The position numbers and the translations under genes were made by a program. From an uncultured bacterium (GTDB lineage: Bacteria; Patescibacteriota; Dojkabacteria; SC72), in contig CAIMEL010000004.1 of the NCBI GenBank assembly GCA_903840015.1, positions 97,452 to 161,451 of the forward strand: a DNA stretch of 64,000 nt. Reading direction: 5' to 3'. Numbering within the stretch: position 1 is the stretch's first letter; each line of letters begins with the position of its first letter. Below are positions 55,102 to 64,000 of the stretch, one piece after another. The notes under the pieces were generated by a model that saw only the letters and a list, made by a program, of their open reading frames with translations, was not told the DNA's origin and made no database searches.

Positions 55102-55774
55102 AGAAGTGGAGGAAAAGCTTGGTGTGGTTTTTTCAGACAAGACATTACTAGAGAAATCATTTATACATCGTTCATACATCAATGAAAATAGAGATAGAGA
55201 TGTTGAAAATAATGAGAGGCTAGAGTTTCTTGGAGATGCAGTACTTGAATTAATAGTTTCAGATCATTTGTATCAAGAATTTCCTGACAGAAGTGAGGGA
55301 GAATTGACTGCGATACGATCTGCAGCTGTTAGAACAGAGAGTTTAGCAGAACAAAGTAGAGATTTAGGAATTGGTATGTATCTACTTATGTCAAGAGGAG
55401 AAGAGGACTCAGGGGGTAAAGATAAAGATTTTCTTCTGGCAAATCTTTTCGAAGCAGTTTTGGGTGCCATCTATTTAGACAAGGGCTATGAAGAAGCGAA
55501 AACTTTCGTTTCAAGAACAGTTTTAAGTAAAATCCCTGTTATTATCAAGGAAGGATCTTTCGTAGATCCTAAGACAAAAGTACAAGAGATAATACAATCC
55601 AAGTTCAAAGAAACTCCTACTTACGAGGTCATAAAAGAGATAGGACCAGATCATGACAAACATTTTACGGTGACTTTGAAAACTGCTAGTAGAAAGTTCA
55701 CAGACGGAGAAGGTCCTAGTAAGCAGAAAGCAGAGGAAGATGCTGCAAGAAAAGCTTTAGATATATTGAAATAG
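55088..55774 (+). CDS. rnc: Ribonuclease III.
   Basis: It carries the RNase III signature [20 protein letters not shown], the catalytic E/D residues and a C-terminal dsRBD. Confidence 0.9.
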   Translation: MENHKEVEEKLGVVFSDKTLLEKSFIHRSYINENRDRDVENNERLEFLGDAVLELIVSDHLYQEFPDRSEGELTAIRSAAVRTESLAEQSRDLGIGMYLLMSRGEEDSGGKDKDFLLANLFEAVLGAIYLDKGYEEAKTFVSRTVLSKIPVIIKEGSFVDPKTKVQEIIQSKFKETPTYEVIKEIGPDHDKHFTVTLKTASRKFTDGEGPSKQKAEEDAARKALDILK

Positions 55775-55819
55775 TGATATTGTTGAATAAAATGATATAA
55801 ACTGATAAAATTCACAACT

Positions 55820-56122
55820 ATGTTAAAAATAAGATTAAAAAGAATAGGAAGAAGGAAACAACCAAGTTACAGAGTTGTTGTAGTTGAATCCTCCAAGCCA
55901 AGAGATGGAAGAAGTATTGATGATTTAGGATCATACAGGCCAAGGAATAATCCTTCCATATTTGATATTGATTTGGACAAAGCCAAATCATGGATCAGTA
56001 ATGGAGCTCAAGCTTCTGAAACAGTTGCTCAATTCTTTGTAAAACTTGGCATCATGGAACCCATAAAGAAGGGCTCTAAAAAGCCAAATACTACAAAGAA
56101 GACAAAAGAGAATAAAGAGTAG
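55820..56122 (+). CDS. rpsP: 30S ribosomal protein S16.
   Basis: The sequence MLKIRLKRIGRRKQPSYRVVVVESSKPRDGRSIDDLGSYRP matches S16. Confidence 0.9.
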   Translation: MLKIRLKRIGRRKQPSYRVVVVESSKPRDGRSIDDLGSYRPRNNPSIFDIDLDKAKSWISNGAQASETVAQFFVKLGIMEPIKKGSKKPNTTKKTKENKE

Positions 56123-56155
56123 TATAATATATTATTAAGATATATTTTTTAAGCT

Positions 56156-56470
56156 ATGAAAGAGTTACTAGAGCATATTGTGAAGTCGATTGTTAATAAT
56201 CCCGATGATGTGAAGATAGAAGAAAGAGAAAGTGTAGATTTCCCTGGACTTACTATTTTGACAATAGAGGTTGCTGAGAATGATAAAGGTGTTGTCATTG
56301 GAAGAAAAGGTAGAACAATCAATGCTATTCGAGATTTAATCACCATAAATGCAATAAGGAACGAGAGAAGAGTCAAGGTTATGATCAAAGATGATAACAA
56401 CAGGCATACAGAAGAGGCAGTTGAAAGCACGGAGGCAGAGAATGAATCTATATTTAATGACGAGATATAG
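56156..56470 (+). CDS. KH-domain RNA-binding protein (UPF0109/YlqC-like).
   Basis: The KH type-II GxxG loop is seen in VIGRKGRTINAIRDL. It sits in the conserved position after rpsP. Confidence 0.75.
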   Translation: MKELLEHIVKSIVNNPDDVKIEERESVDFPGLTILTIEVAENDKGVVIGRKGRTINAIRDLITINAIRNERRVKVMIKDDNNRHTEEAVESTEAENESIFNDEI

Positions 56471-56474
56471 TTAC

Positions 56475-57203
56475 TTACTCTTTTAACTCTTCAGCCTTTT
56501 TAGAGAATATCCCAATTACATCAGCGTACTGAGTATACTCATTGAATGCTGCGTAGTAATCAACCTTGTAGGCTCTCTCAGGGACATAATATCCTATGAC
56601 TCCCAAATCAACACGCCATAGCTCTCCCGTTTTCTTAAAAGAAATATTATCTGCAGAGATTATATAAGGGGATGCAGAATACAAGCTATCCAAGAAACTT
56701 AAGATATCTTGCAAAGTACCAGTATATGATAAAGGTCCACTCACTCCTAGGTAAGATTTTTTCTCATTATTTTTGTCCTTGTTCGTGAACGAAACAGTAA
56801 CATCCCCAGCAGACAGAGATTTTGATGTAAGATTCTTCTCATTTGCCAAAGTATCTATGTAATATACAAACATAGACACCCTCAAAGTCTTTGGTATAAC
56901 ACTCTTGGCATTTAGCAAATCCACTTGCATAGTTGCATCATCTATTCCTTTTAATTTCGCCTCTAATTTAACCAAAGTATCTTCCTTTTGCTTTAGAGAT
57001 TCATATTCCTGTTGAAAAGCTATTGTAGCCTTTATCATTGGTACAAACACAAAGATACTCAACATTAGTAATATAATGGTTGCTGCAGCAGGTATTAAAA
57101 TATCCTCCACCTTTACTTTGGAGTCTTTTATTTTCTCGCTTATTGCTTCCAACTCCTTTTTTGTTTTATTACCCTCTGGTTGTTTGTTCGATAATGTTTG
57201 CAT
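56475..57203 (-). CDS. pilO: Type IV pilus assembly protein PilO-like.
   Basis: Its architecture is a short cytoplasmic N-terminus, one TM, a coiled coil and an alpha/beta domain. It is the last gene of the pilM-pilN-pilO operon, 1 nt after pilN. Confidence 0.55.
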   Translation of the reverse strand: MQTLSNKQPEGNKTKKELEAISEKIKDSKVKVEDILIPAAATIILLMLSIFVFVPMIKATIAFQQEYESLKQKEDTLVKLEAKLKGIDDATMQVDLLNAKSVIPKTLRVSMFVYYIDTLANEKNLTSKSLSAGDVTVSFTNKDKNNEKKSYLGVSGPLSYTGTLQDILSFLDSLYSASPYIISADNISFKKTGELWRVDLGVIGYYVPERAYKVDYYAAFNEYTQYADVIGIFSKKAEELKE

Positions 57204-57204
57204 A

Positions 57205-57921
57205 TTACTTACTATCTACTTTTAGGAAATTATCTAAAACAAAAGATCCGTAGAAAGAGAAAGTTACATCTTGAGAACTCTTCCCAACAGCCCTTAGAGA
57301 TATCTTTTCTATTCTCGAATCATTACCCAAAAGATACCATAGTTTAGCAACATCCTCTAAACTCTGTGCTTTCCCAGTGAATTCAATCCCATTCAATCCT
57401 GTAAAGGCAAAGGCCGTTAATGTACAATTGGTTTTACTAGTAATACCATTAATATATTCAAGTACTGCCTTTGCAGAATATCTACCTTTTTCAATATCAT
57501 TATACAAATATATTCTGTCTAAGATCTCATTGTTTCCAATAATCTTTTGAGATAACCCCTCAACCTGAGCTTCACTTTTTATTAATTTCTCCTTCTCAGC
57601 ATTCAGCTGAAATTTAAAAACTATGTTCAAGCCGACAATGAGAATAGAGATAACAAAAAGAATAATGAGGCTTACTATTGCACTCATATTAATCTTTTTC
57701 TTTTTTTCTTCTGTCTGAACCTCTTCCTTACTAAGGATTGGGATGAGATTAATACCACCATCAGATGCAATCACAGTATCTGGCACCTCACTTTTGGGTT
57801 TCAATGGGTGAGCAAGAGGAGTGGTTGCATTCTTTCCAAGGGTATCAGTGGCTGCAACAGGTACTGGTTTTGCCTGAGGTTCTATCTGCTTATTGTTATC
57901 AACAGGTGGAGTATTATTCAT
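57205..57921 (-). CDS. pilN: Type IV pilus assembly protein PilN-like, with a ~50-aa Pro-rich N-terminal extension.
   Basis: The conserved PilM-binding motif INLIP (consensus INLLP) is followed by a single TM and a periplasmic-type domain. It overlaps pilM by 8 nt. Confidence 0.65.
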   Translation of the reverse strand: MNNTPPVDNNKQIEPQAKPVPVAATDTLGKNATTPLAHPLKPKSEVPDTVIASDGGINLIPILSKEEVQTEEKKKKINMSAIVSLIILFVISILIVGLNIVFKFQLNAEKEKLIKSEAQVEGLSQKIIGNNEILDRIYLYNDIEKGRYSAKAVLEYINGITSKTNCTLTAFAFTGLNGIEFTGKAQSLEDVAKLWYLLGNDSRIEKISLRAVGKSSQDVTFSFYGSFVLDNFLKVDSK

Positions 57922-58945
57922 CTTTCATTGCTAAACCAATAGCAACCGAATAGGAGGGTCCGCTCTTGGCTATTATGTCCTTAAATTTATTGTCAACTGC
58001 AATATTGTTCCATGGCATAGACATCGTAGCGTTTACACCAAGACTCTTAGATACATACTCCTTCAATCCAGGTAAAAGGGCTCCATCGCCATTAAGCATA
58101 TAGTCAGTAGGAGCAACAGAGAGAGTTCGGTTTTTGTAAAATTCAACACCTCTTCTTACCTCAACCATAATGGATTCTACAATTGGACTCAAAACTGAAT
58201 ATATTTTGCCCTCCAAAACATTCTCAACAAGTCCATAATTTCGTTTAAATTCTTCAGCTCTCTGATACTCAAAATTGAATTTATTAATAACAGCCTGAGT
58301 TAATGAGTCCGAACCGATAGCTATACTCTGAGAGAAAACTAAATATCCATCGGAGAGAATACTCATATCAGTACTATTTGCACCAAAATCTAACATTATT
58401 AAGTCCTTCTTGCCACTTGATTTATACATAGCTCTTCCCATTGCAACAGATTCCGTCTCTATAGCTATTAAATCTAGGGAAGACAAAACAGCAATATTGA
58501 TATATATATCGATAACTTTTCTTGGGGCGGCAACAACCAAAACTCTCGGAGCATTCTTCTCTGTATTAAAACCTATTGGTACATAACTAAGTTGAACTTC
58601 ATTCAATGGCATAGGTATGTACTGTTTAGCTTCAAAGTACACCGCATCCTTTAATTCTTCTGCTTTCACACCAGGGAATTCTAAAAACCTAGTAAAGACT
58701 GAGAATTCAGGTAAAGCCATAACGACATTCTTATTCTTAATACGAGAAGAGTCATAGAGCTTTTTTAATACATCCGCAAGTTTACGTTGATCACTCTTAT
58801 CTTCACTATTAATAACTCCCTTTGGAGTCAGTTGAGATCCAAGATTAACTAACAATGGATTTGCAGAGGATATACGACTAAGTTCAACAGCTTTAACTGA
58901 ATGCGTTCCGAAGTCTATACCAACATGATCGGGCAGTTTGGCCAT
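57914..58945 (-). CDS. pilM: Type IV pilus assembly ATPase-like actin-fold protein PilM.
   Basis: The N-terminus VGIDFGTHSVKAVEL is an actin/FtsA-like phosphate-1 motif. It is ~343 aa and lies immediately upstream of pilN. Confidence 0.75.
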   Translation of the reverse strand: MAKLPDHVGIDFGTHSVKAVELSRISSANPLLVNLGSQLTPKGVINSEDKSDQRKLADVLKKLYDSSRIKNKNVVMALPEFSVFTRFLEFPGVKAEELKDAVYFEAKQYIPMPLNEVQLSYVPIGFNTEKNAPRVLVVAAPRKVIDIYINIAVLSSLDLIAIETESVAMGRAMYKSSGKKDLIMLDFGANSTDMSILSDGYLVFSQSIAIGSDSLTQAVINKFNFEYQRAEEFKRNYGLVENVLEGKIYSVLSPIVESIMVEVRRGVEFYKNRTLSVAPTDYMLNGDGALLPGLKEYVSKSLGVNATMSMPWNNIAVDNKFKDIIAKSGPSYSVAIGLAMKDE

Positions 58946-58990
58946 ATACTAATAACACTAAATTATTAAGTTATACTATGATAGCAGAAA

Positions 58991-61270
58991 CTAGAAAGGT
59001 TTCAAACCAATCTCGCTTTTGAAAACTAGTTTCTCACCACCAAAAAGAGCATTTATCAATTTACCATATTTGACATGATTTACAACATTTACAACAGGGT
59101 AGGGGTGCCTATCTTGTAAATGTAGTTCCCTAGCGATGTTTATACTAACACCAGTATCAGGATCTTTTCCAAAAGCTATTAAACCTCCTTCAACTATTAA
59201 AGCATCTTTCCTTGCATTCAGTGGTTTGTTCTCATTCAAAATATTTATGACACCACCACTCATCAGATAGGCTTCAATAACATCAAATCCTATTGAGGTA
59301 GAAGTTGTATGATCATCACCTTTTCCTATATTTATATTTCCATTAACAATGAAAACACATGCATCGGATTTTTTTACTCCCTTAAAATCAGGTTCAATAT
59401 TTAAATCTCCCTCAATCAAAAATACTCCTCTTCCATCACAGAGGAAACCTTTACTGACAGCTAGATTCCCCTCTACATTAGCAACATAAACCTTGTCCGT
59501 ACAGTATCCTTCCAAGCAGTAATCGGAAAGTTTACCATTTAACGATTTAATAGCAGGATCTATCTGTGTCATCACATCAGGAGAAACATTCTTTAATTTC
59601 TTAAAATAGGTATAGTAAATATCTTTAGTATAAGGATTTGTAATATTTGTAACTCTATACGAAGCATTTCTGTTAAGTAATATTCGAAGATTAAGAACTG
59701 AATCAACAGTACCGGTAAGAAGTTCAGTGGAAAGATCTGCTGTACTCTCTGTGAACCCATACTCAAAGAGATCACTCAGGAGCCATACATTACTTGATAG
59801 TTCACGAACATCAACACTAGTCCCTCCTTGTGAGAAGAAGAATCCACCTCGACTTTGAATCCATTCGCCTAATTTGAATCTTAATTGTTTAGTCGTTGAA
59901 TTACATGCCAAATCAAATGTTGTAACGAAGAAATCAATATACCCACCTCGATTGAGACCCAATCCCATTTTTTCTTCTCGATTTGCAAGATTTAATACCT
60001 TCCACAAAATATTATCTCCAGTAAGTTTTCCTACCAAATCAGATTCTTTCTGGAAGTTCAACAGAAAGGTACTACCATCAGGATAAGGGTATGTTATTTC
60101 AGCATTCTTTATCATATCCTGTTTCAATCGGAAAGCATTTCCGACAGAGTTGGTAATCCTAGTTTCATTATCCTGAGAATTCCAGAACAAACTAACCTCA
60201 GTTGGTCCATTGATTGTCATAGACAAAGGATCAACAGTAGGGGGGGTTAAATCAACTGTCCATTGATCACCTTTTCTCCAATCCTTGTAGAATCTAATCT
60301 GATTAGCTTTGTAAGGAAGCTTATTCAGCTTATCTGGATTTGTATAATTGTCATACGGAGTGAACCCAAACGTATCATTGGCCATAGCATATACATCATA
60401 TTTACCTTGATAGACCTGCTCATAGATATCAACTTTAGAGTCCTTGTTTAAGAACTCAATATTGAAATTGCTAACAACCTTATTAGTTTGCGAAAGAGTT
60501 AAGTTGGTAATTCTTACCATAGCTTTTCCAGTAGGTCCTTCAATCGTAAAATCAGAACCAACCTCAGCTACTTTTACCCAGTACATTTTGTCACCCAAAT
60601 ATGGAACGTAGATCTCTTTCCAGGAACCACTTACCTTTCGAACCATAAAACCAAAACTATAGTTATTTCTTGTCTTACCTGAAGATCTGCTTGCTCCTAG
60701 CCACTGTATCTCTGTAGGAGTTGTACCTGCCTTACTCATCCAGAAATACACAGCTTCAAGGGTCTTAACATCTACAGAGCTTGAATATTTAGCCTCGACA
60801 GCTACAGGGTTGTTAATACTCAACCCTGACGATATATTGCTCGTACAATCATAAATATTTGTATTGGACGGTTTGACGGGCTTGAATTCTACCTCGGCAC
60901 CTGTCCAGTTTGGATATTCATCACAATCTTCTTTCGCAGGATCACAGTAAGGAGGTATTTCATAACACATTCCAGTTTTTGTTTCGCCACATCCCTTATC
61001 ACACGATACACTCTTTGCTGGATATCCAGTATTGGTACTTGTAGTGCCTTCGGGACAAGCAGGTAGGGTACAGCTGTGAGGCGTACATGTGTCATCATCA
61101 TCTCCATCATCACAACCTGGAGAATTACAGGGAATAAAAGTCCTAGGAGGGGTACTCCAGTATGCTTTACATGCAGCATCACAAGGAGTACAACCATCAG
61201 CAGAAACTTTGTCAACAAAGAAAAGACTTAGAGTGAAAAAGATTGAGATTAAAATAAAAAGTTTTTTCAT
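58991..61270 (-). CDS. Large secreted protein of unknown function, with an N-terminal Cys-rich acidic region and a C-terminal beta-helix-like repeat region.
   Basis: The signal peptide MKKLFILISIFFTLSLFFVDKVSA is followed by 20+ Cys in the first ~110 residues, including DDGDDDDTC. The C-terminal ~170 aa has repetitive V/I-x-G-x-L/I patterns. It is 45 nt upstream of pilM on the same strand. Confidence 0.55.
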   Translation of the reverse strand: MKKLFILISIFFTLSLFFVDKVSADGCTPCDAACKAYWSTPPRTFIPCNSPGCDDGDDDDTCTPHSCTLPACPEGTTSTNTGYPAKSVSCDKGCGETKTGMCYEIPPYCDPAKEDCDEYPNWTGAEVEFKPVKPSNTNIYDCTSNISSGLSINNPVAVEAKYSSSVDVKTLEAVYFWMSKAGTTPTEIQWLGASRSSGKTRNNYSFGFMVRKVSGSWKEIYVPYLGDKMYWVKVAEVGSDFTIEGPTGKAMVRITNLTLSQTNKVVSNFNIEFLNKDSKVDIYEQVYQGKYDVYAMANDTFGFTPYDNYTNPDKLNKLPYKANQIRFYKDWRKGDQWTVDLTPPTVDPLSMTINGPTEVSLFWNSQDNETRITNSVGNAFRLKQDMIKNAEITYPYPDGSTFLLNFQKESDLVGKLTGDNILWKVLNLANREEKMGLGLNRGGYIDFFVTTFDLACNSTTKQLRFKLGEWIQSRGGFFFSQGGTSVDVRELSSNVWLLSDLFEYGFTESTADLSTELLTGTVDSVLNLRILLNRNASYRVTNITNPYTKDIYYTYFKKLKNVSPDVMTQIDPAIKSLNGKLSDYCLEGYCTDKVYVANVEGNLAVSKGFLCDGRGVFLIEGDLNIEPDFKGVKKSDACVFIVNGNINIGKGDDHTTSTSIGFDVIEAYLMSGGVINILNENKPLNARKDALIVEGGLIAFGKDPDTGVSINIARELHLQDRHPYPVVNVVNHVKYGKLINALFGGEKLVFKSEIGLKPF

Positions 61271-61271
61271 A

Positions 61272-62792
61272 TTATCTCAAGAGTAAATTAATCAATTCAA
61301 CTTGATCTAAAACAAAGTATTCCAATTCAAAACCTTCTGGAACATATGAATACAAGACAGAATATTTCCTGTCTAAACTTCTCTCCAAGAGACTCTGTAG
61401 AGACTCATCGAATTCAATCATATTGTTCATATCTAAGAACCTAATCGCAGCGATATAGTTAATATTTTCTAAGAGCGCAAGATCTCTCGACATATTGTTT
61501 TCACCCACGTAATTAAGGATCCTATCTATATCACCCTTGTAGTATGAATCACCAGTTTCTCGATATAACTCTTCTGCAGCTAAACCTATGTAGTAAATTT
61601 CCTGAGATTGTTTTTTAGAAATTCCAAAGGTATATATTAAATTCTGATATCCCTTTTTTAACAGTGCCTTATCTTCCTTAGAAAGAGATCCATCTTCGGC
61701 AGAGAGCCATTCGATCATCCCAAGTAACAAATCGGTATTTAGTCTTACATAGTTCTCACCACCAACAAAACCCGATTGTTGCCTACTTGTAGTAAGTACT
61801 ATCTCCTTCTCTAATATCGTAGAAAGACTTACCAATTTATTGTTATCGCTAAGCCAGTTTGACTCATACGATTTATACAAAGTCTCATCACACCAAGTCA
61901 GAGCATCTTCTTTCCAGTTAGTACTAAAAACATCTATACAATCTTTGCCACAACTCTCTATATTCCGAACAAAACTGTGCACATCATCACAGCTCGCCCC
62001 TCCATATTTCTTTATCTCAAACTGCCTCTTTGAATCCAATTCCGAACTTAAGAAATTCGCCAAATCTATTCTTTCCTCCTGCCCATATATATCAAAGGTA
62101 TTACTTAATGTTACTAATATTTTAAAGAAATATCTTCCAACAAGATATTTTGGAACTACAACCTCATTATCAATATCGACAAAAACATTCCTGTTCGTCG
62201 CATCAGTATAGAACAGTAACGCCAAAGGATGTATATCTTCTTCCGTATTTAATTTACGAATCCAACTAACAAGATTCTTTACCAAATCTCTTCTATTCTC
62301 TGCTAGACTTAATTCCTGATTCGTAATATTCCAACTAACAATGGAAGCTACAGGATCTACATAATTAAATGAGAAAAATTTCCTAATTCCCAAGAGTAGA
62401 GAAGAGTAGAGATCCTCTTTTTCGAAAACTATACCAAGTTTGGTTGCCTTGCCTTTCTGGACACCGATTATTGAAGGATGATCGCTTAGGATTGTTGGCA
62501 ATTCTATATTCCTTGCAGTTCCTTCAATATCAACATAATTGATCTTCACAAATTCTTCACCAATAACAATGTCTGTTAAAAGAAACTCCTGTGTTAAAGT
62601 TATACGAGAAGCACCTTCACAATTAACTTTAAAACCACTTTCTTGAAGACTTTTAACATTTTTGTAAACTGAACAATCCTTTTGATATGCCAGACCTAAA
62701 TAGAACATTCCTGAGATAGTGAGTAGTACAACAGCAGCGACAAAAAGTAGAATATAGGTAATTATTTTTCTCTTAGGCTTTGGATCATACAT
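61272..62792 (-). CDS. Membrane-anchored (N-terminal TM) protein of unknown function, 506 aa.
   Basis: An N-terminal TM (IITYILLFVAAVVLLTISGMFYLGLAY) is followed by a large soluble domain with no recognised motif. The stop is 1 nt from the start of the 759-aa gene. Confidence 0.5.
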   Translation of the reverse strand: MYDPKPKRKIITYILLFVAAVVLLTISGMFYLGLAYQKDCSVYKNVKSLQESGFKVNCEGASRITLTQEFLLTDIVIGEEFVKINYVDIEGTARNIELPTILSDHPSIIGVQKGKATKLGIVFEKEDLYSSLLLGIRKFFSFNYVDPVASIVSWNITNQELSLAENRRDLVKNLVSWIRKLNTEEDIHPLALLFYTDATNRNVFVDIDNEVVVPKYLVGRYFFKILVTLSNTFDIYGQEERIDLANFLSSELDSKRQFEIKKYGGASCDDVHSFVRNIESCGKDCIDVFSTNWKEDALTWCDETLYKSYESNWLSDNNKLVSLSTILEKEIVLTTSRQQSGFVGGENYVRLNTDLLLGMIEWLSAEDGSLSKEDKALLKKGYQNLIYTFGISKKQSQEIYYIGLAAEELYRETGDSYYKGDIDRILNYVGENNMSRDLALLENINYIAAIRFLDMNNMIEFDESLQSLLERSLDRKYSVLYSYVPEGFELEYFVLDQVELINLLLR

Positions 62793-62817
62793 AAAGGGAG
62801 GCAGTTATAACTTAATC

Positions 62818-63204
62818 CTATCCTAAATACTTAGAAAGCTCTCTAACAAGACCCTGATAATCCAAATCTGTTTTAACCAAGTACGAAGAAGATCCCAAAT
62901 CAAAAGATTCCTTTATCACAGCTTCACTTGTCATATTCGTAAGGACTACAATAGGCATATCACCATATTTGTCTGGATTTGCTTTCACAGCCCTCAACAC
63001 CTCCAAGCCATCAACACCTGGCATCATGAGATCAAGCAATACCAGATTTACACCTCCGATATTCTTCGACAACAAATCTAAACCTTGATACCCATCTAAA
63101 GCTGTCATTGCACTATATCCTGCAGATTCCACAAGCTCTTTATATGAATCTAAAAGTTCTTTTTCATCTTCTACGATTAATATTGTTTTTCCTTTGTCAG
63201 ACAT
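62818..63204 (-). CDS. Stand-alone CheY-like response-regulator receiver domain protein.
   Basis: The acidic pocket ILIVEDEKE, the phospho-acceptor context LVLLDLMMPGVDG, a T/S in VVLTN and a conserved K in YLVKT are present. It is 128 aa. Confidence 0.8.
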   Translation of the reverse strand: MSDKGKTILIVEDEKELLDSYKELVESAGYSAMTALDGYQGLDLLSKNIGGVNLVLLDLMMPGVDGLEVLRAVKANPDKYGDMPIVVLTNMTSEAVIKESFDLGSSSYLVKTDLDYQGLVRELSKYLG

Positions 63205-63222
63205 AATATATTATGTAAAAAA

Positions 63223-64000
63223 TTAATATGGCTGTAATAGCCCACTTCCATTATACACAGTATAATCAAAAATTGTAGAATAACTCTGATTGTTTTCCCT
63301 CGGTATCAAGACATCTTTACCTCTTGAAGCATTAGCGCAGGTCACAGTAACAGAAACTTTGACTGTTTTAAGATCTAATTCACCAGCACATCCCTCATTA
63401 TTTAATACCGATTTTACAGCCACAGTACCTGCAATAGGGGTAATTCTAATTTCATCAAGGCTATATCCACCTTTGACATCTTTCAAACCTATCTCAAGAG
63501 GCTCCAAGGTACTTTGTAGGGTCCAAGATGCTTTGTCCTGCAATCTGCTATTGGTACATTCAGTAGTACTTGAAATACAATAGGGGAGGATATCTTCCAA
63601 AGCGTACTCTTTGTATTCAATTAAATCAGAGACCTTTTTCCCATATACCTTATGCACTAGCAATCCAACAGAACTATATCCTCTTGGTTCTGTATAAAGC
63701 TGTAATTTACAACCATCTGCAACAGAAGAGTAGTTCGGTCCTACAATGTATCCCATTGTAGTAGAGTCTGTTAACTCAAGATATTCTTGAGAGGTAAGAG
63801 ATAATTTAACTTTAATACTAGAAGTTCCCTCTTTACACGATGCAAAAACATCACTATCCAAATCATCCATCTCATAACTTGCCAAGAGATTCTTCAAATC
63901 TTTATACCCCTGGACCTCTACATCTCCCTGCTCAACAGATTGAAATAGGGTAGTGGTATTTATTGAAGCAAATAGATTGATATATGAGTCAGCTATTTCT
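63223..64000 (-). CDS. Hypothetical Cys-containing beta-rich protein. Its 5' end lies beyond the window, as the frame stays open to nt 64000 on the minus strand.
   Basis: The ORF track starts at a TTG at 63897, but manual translation shows no stop codon between 63898 and 64000 in frame. Confidence 0.45.
   Translation of the reverse strand, partial: EIADSYINLFASINTTTLFQSVEQGDVEVQGYKDLKNLLASYEMDDLDSDVFASCKEGTSSIKVKLSLTSQEYLELTDSTTMGYIVGPNYSSVADGCKLQLYTEPRGYSSVGLLVHKVYGKKVSDLIEYKEYALEDILPYCISSTTECTNSRLQDKASWTLQSTLEPLEIGLKDVKGGYSLDEIRITPIAGTVAVKSVLNNEGCAGELDLKTVKVSVTVTCANASRGKDVLIPRENNQSYSTIFDYTVYNGSGLLQPY

Noticed and set aside
1-64000. CRISPR arrays, rRNA genes, transposases, integrases and prophage blocks.
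   Set aside because: No regularly spaced direct repeats, no IS-like inverted terminal repeats flanking a transposase-like ORF and no integrase or recombinase motif were seen. The only nucleotide-level repeats are the intragenic ones in the surface-protein gene.

Overview
This window is a gene-dense, low-GC (AT-rich) bacterial chromosomal segment dominated by housekeeping genes. A partial division/cell-wall (dcw) cluster is present: murA (5' partial), murF on the opposite strand, then mraZ-rsmH-ftsL-ftsI-mraY. A translation block follows: thrS-infC-rpmI-rplT-pheS-pheT, then hisS, tyrS, rpmF, nusB-rnc, rpsP-KH. Repair and stress genes include rarA, recG, mutS, a short RelA/SpoT homologue, tig-clpP and a ClpC-like ATPase. 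There is one tRNA-Val(GAC). No CRISPR array, rRNA, transposase or integrase was seen. Reduced proteins (trigger factor without a PPIase domain, a 485-aa RSH), sparse Shine-Dalgarno sites, a sortase and a type IV pilus-like pilMNO operon with large exported proteins of unknown function suggest, by inference only, a small-genome Gram-positive-like or Patescibacteria-like organism. The most unusual content is accessory. First, an ~840-aa membrane-anchored surface protein built from a DUF2341-like module, three phage tail-collar-like repeats with HTHT motifs, and three beta-sandwich repeats. Second, the pilM-pilN-pilO operon preceded by two large uncharacterised exported proteins, a stand-alone receiver and a partial gene at the window edge. 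Third, a ClpC-like AAA+ ATPase with an N-terminal transmembrane anchor, co-oriented with a small membrane protein. Fourth, a PEP-utilising (PpsA/PPDK-like) enzyme whose phospho-histidine is replaced by Asp. Fifth, a sortase next to a candidate substrate. Sixth, a Doc toxin with only a 33-aa upstream ORF. Seventh, a glutaredoxin-like membrane protein with two CxxC motifs. All functional calls were made by eye from motifs and none was confirmed by database search.
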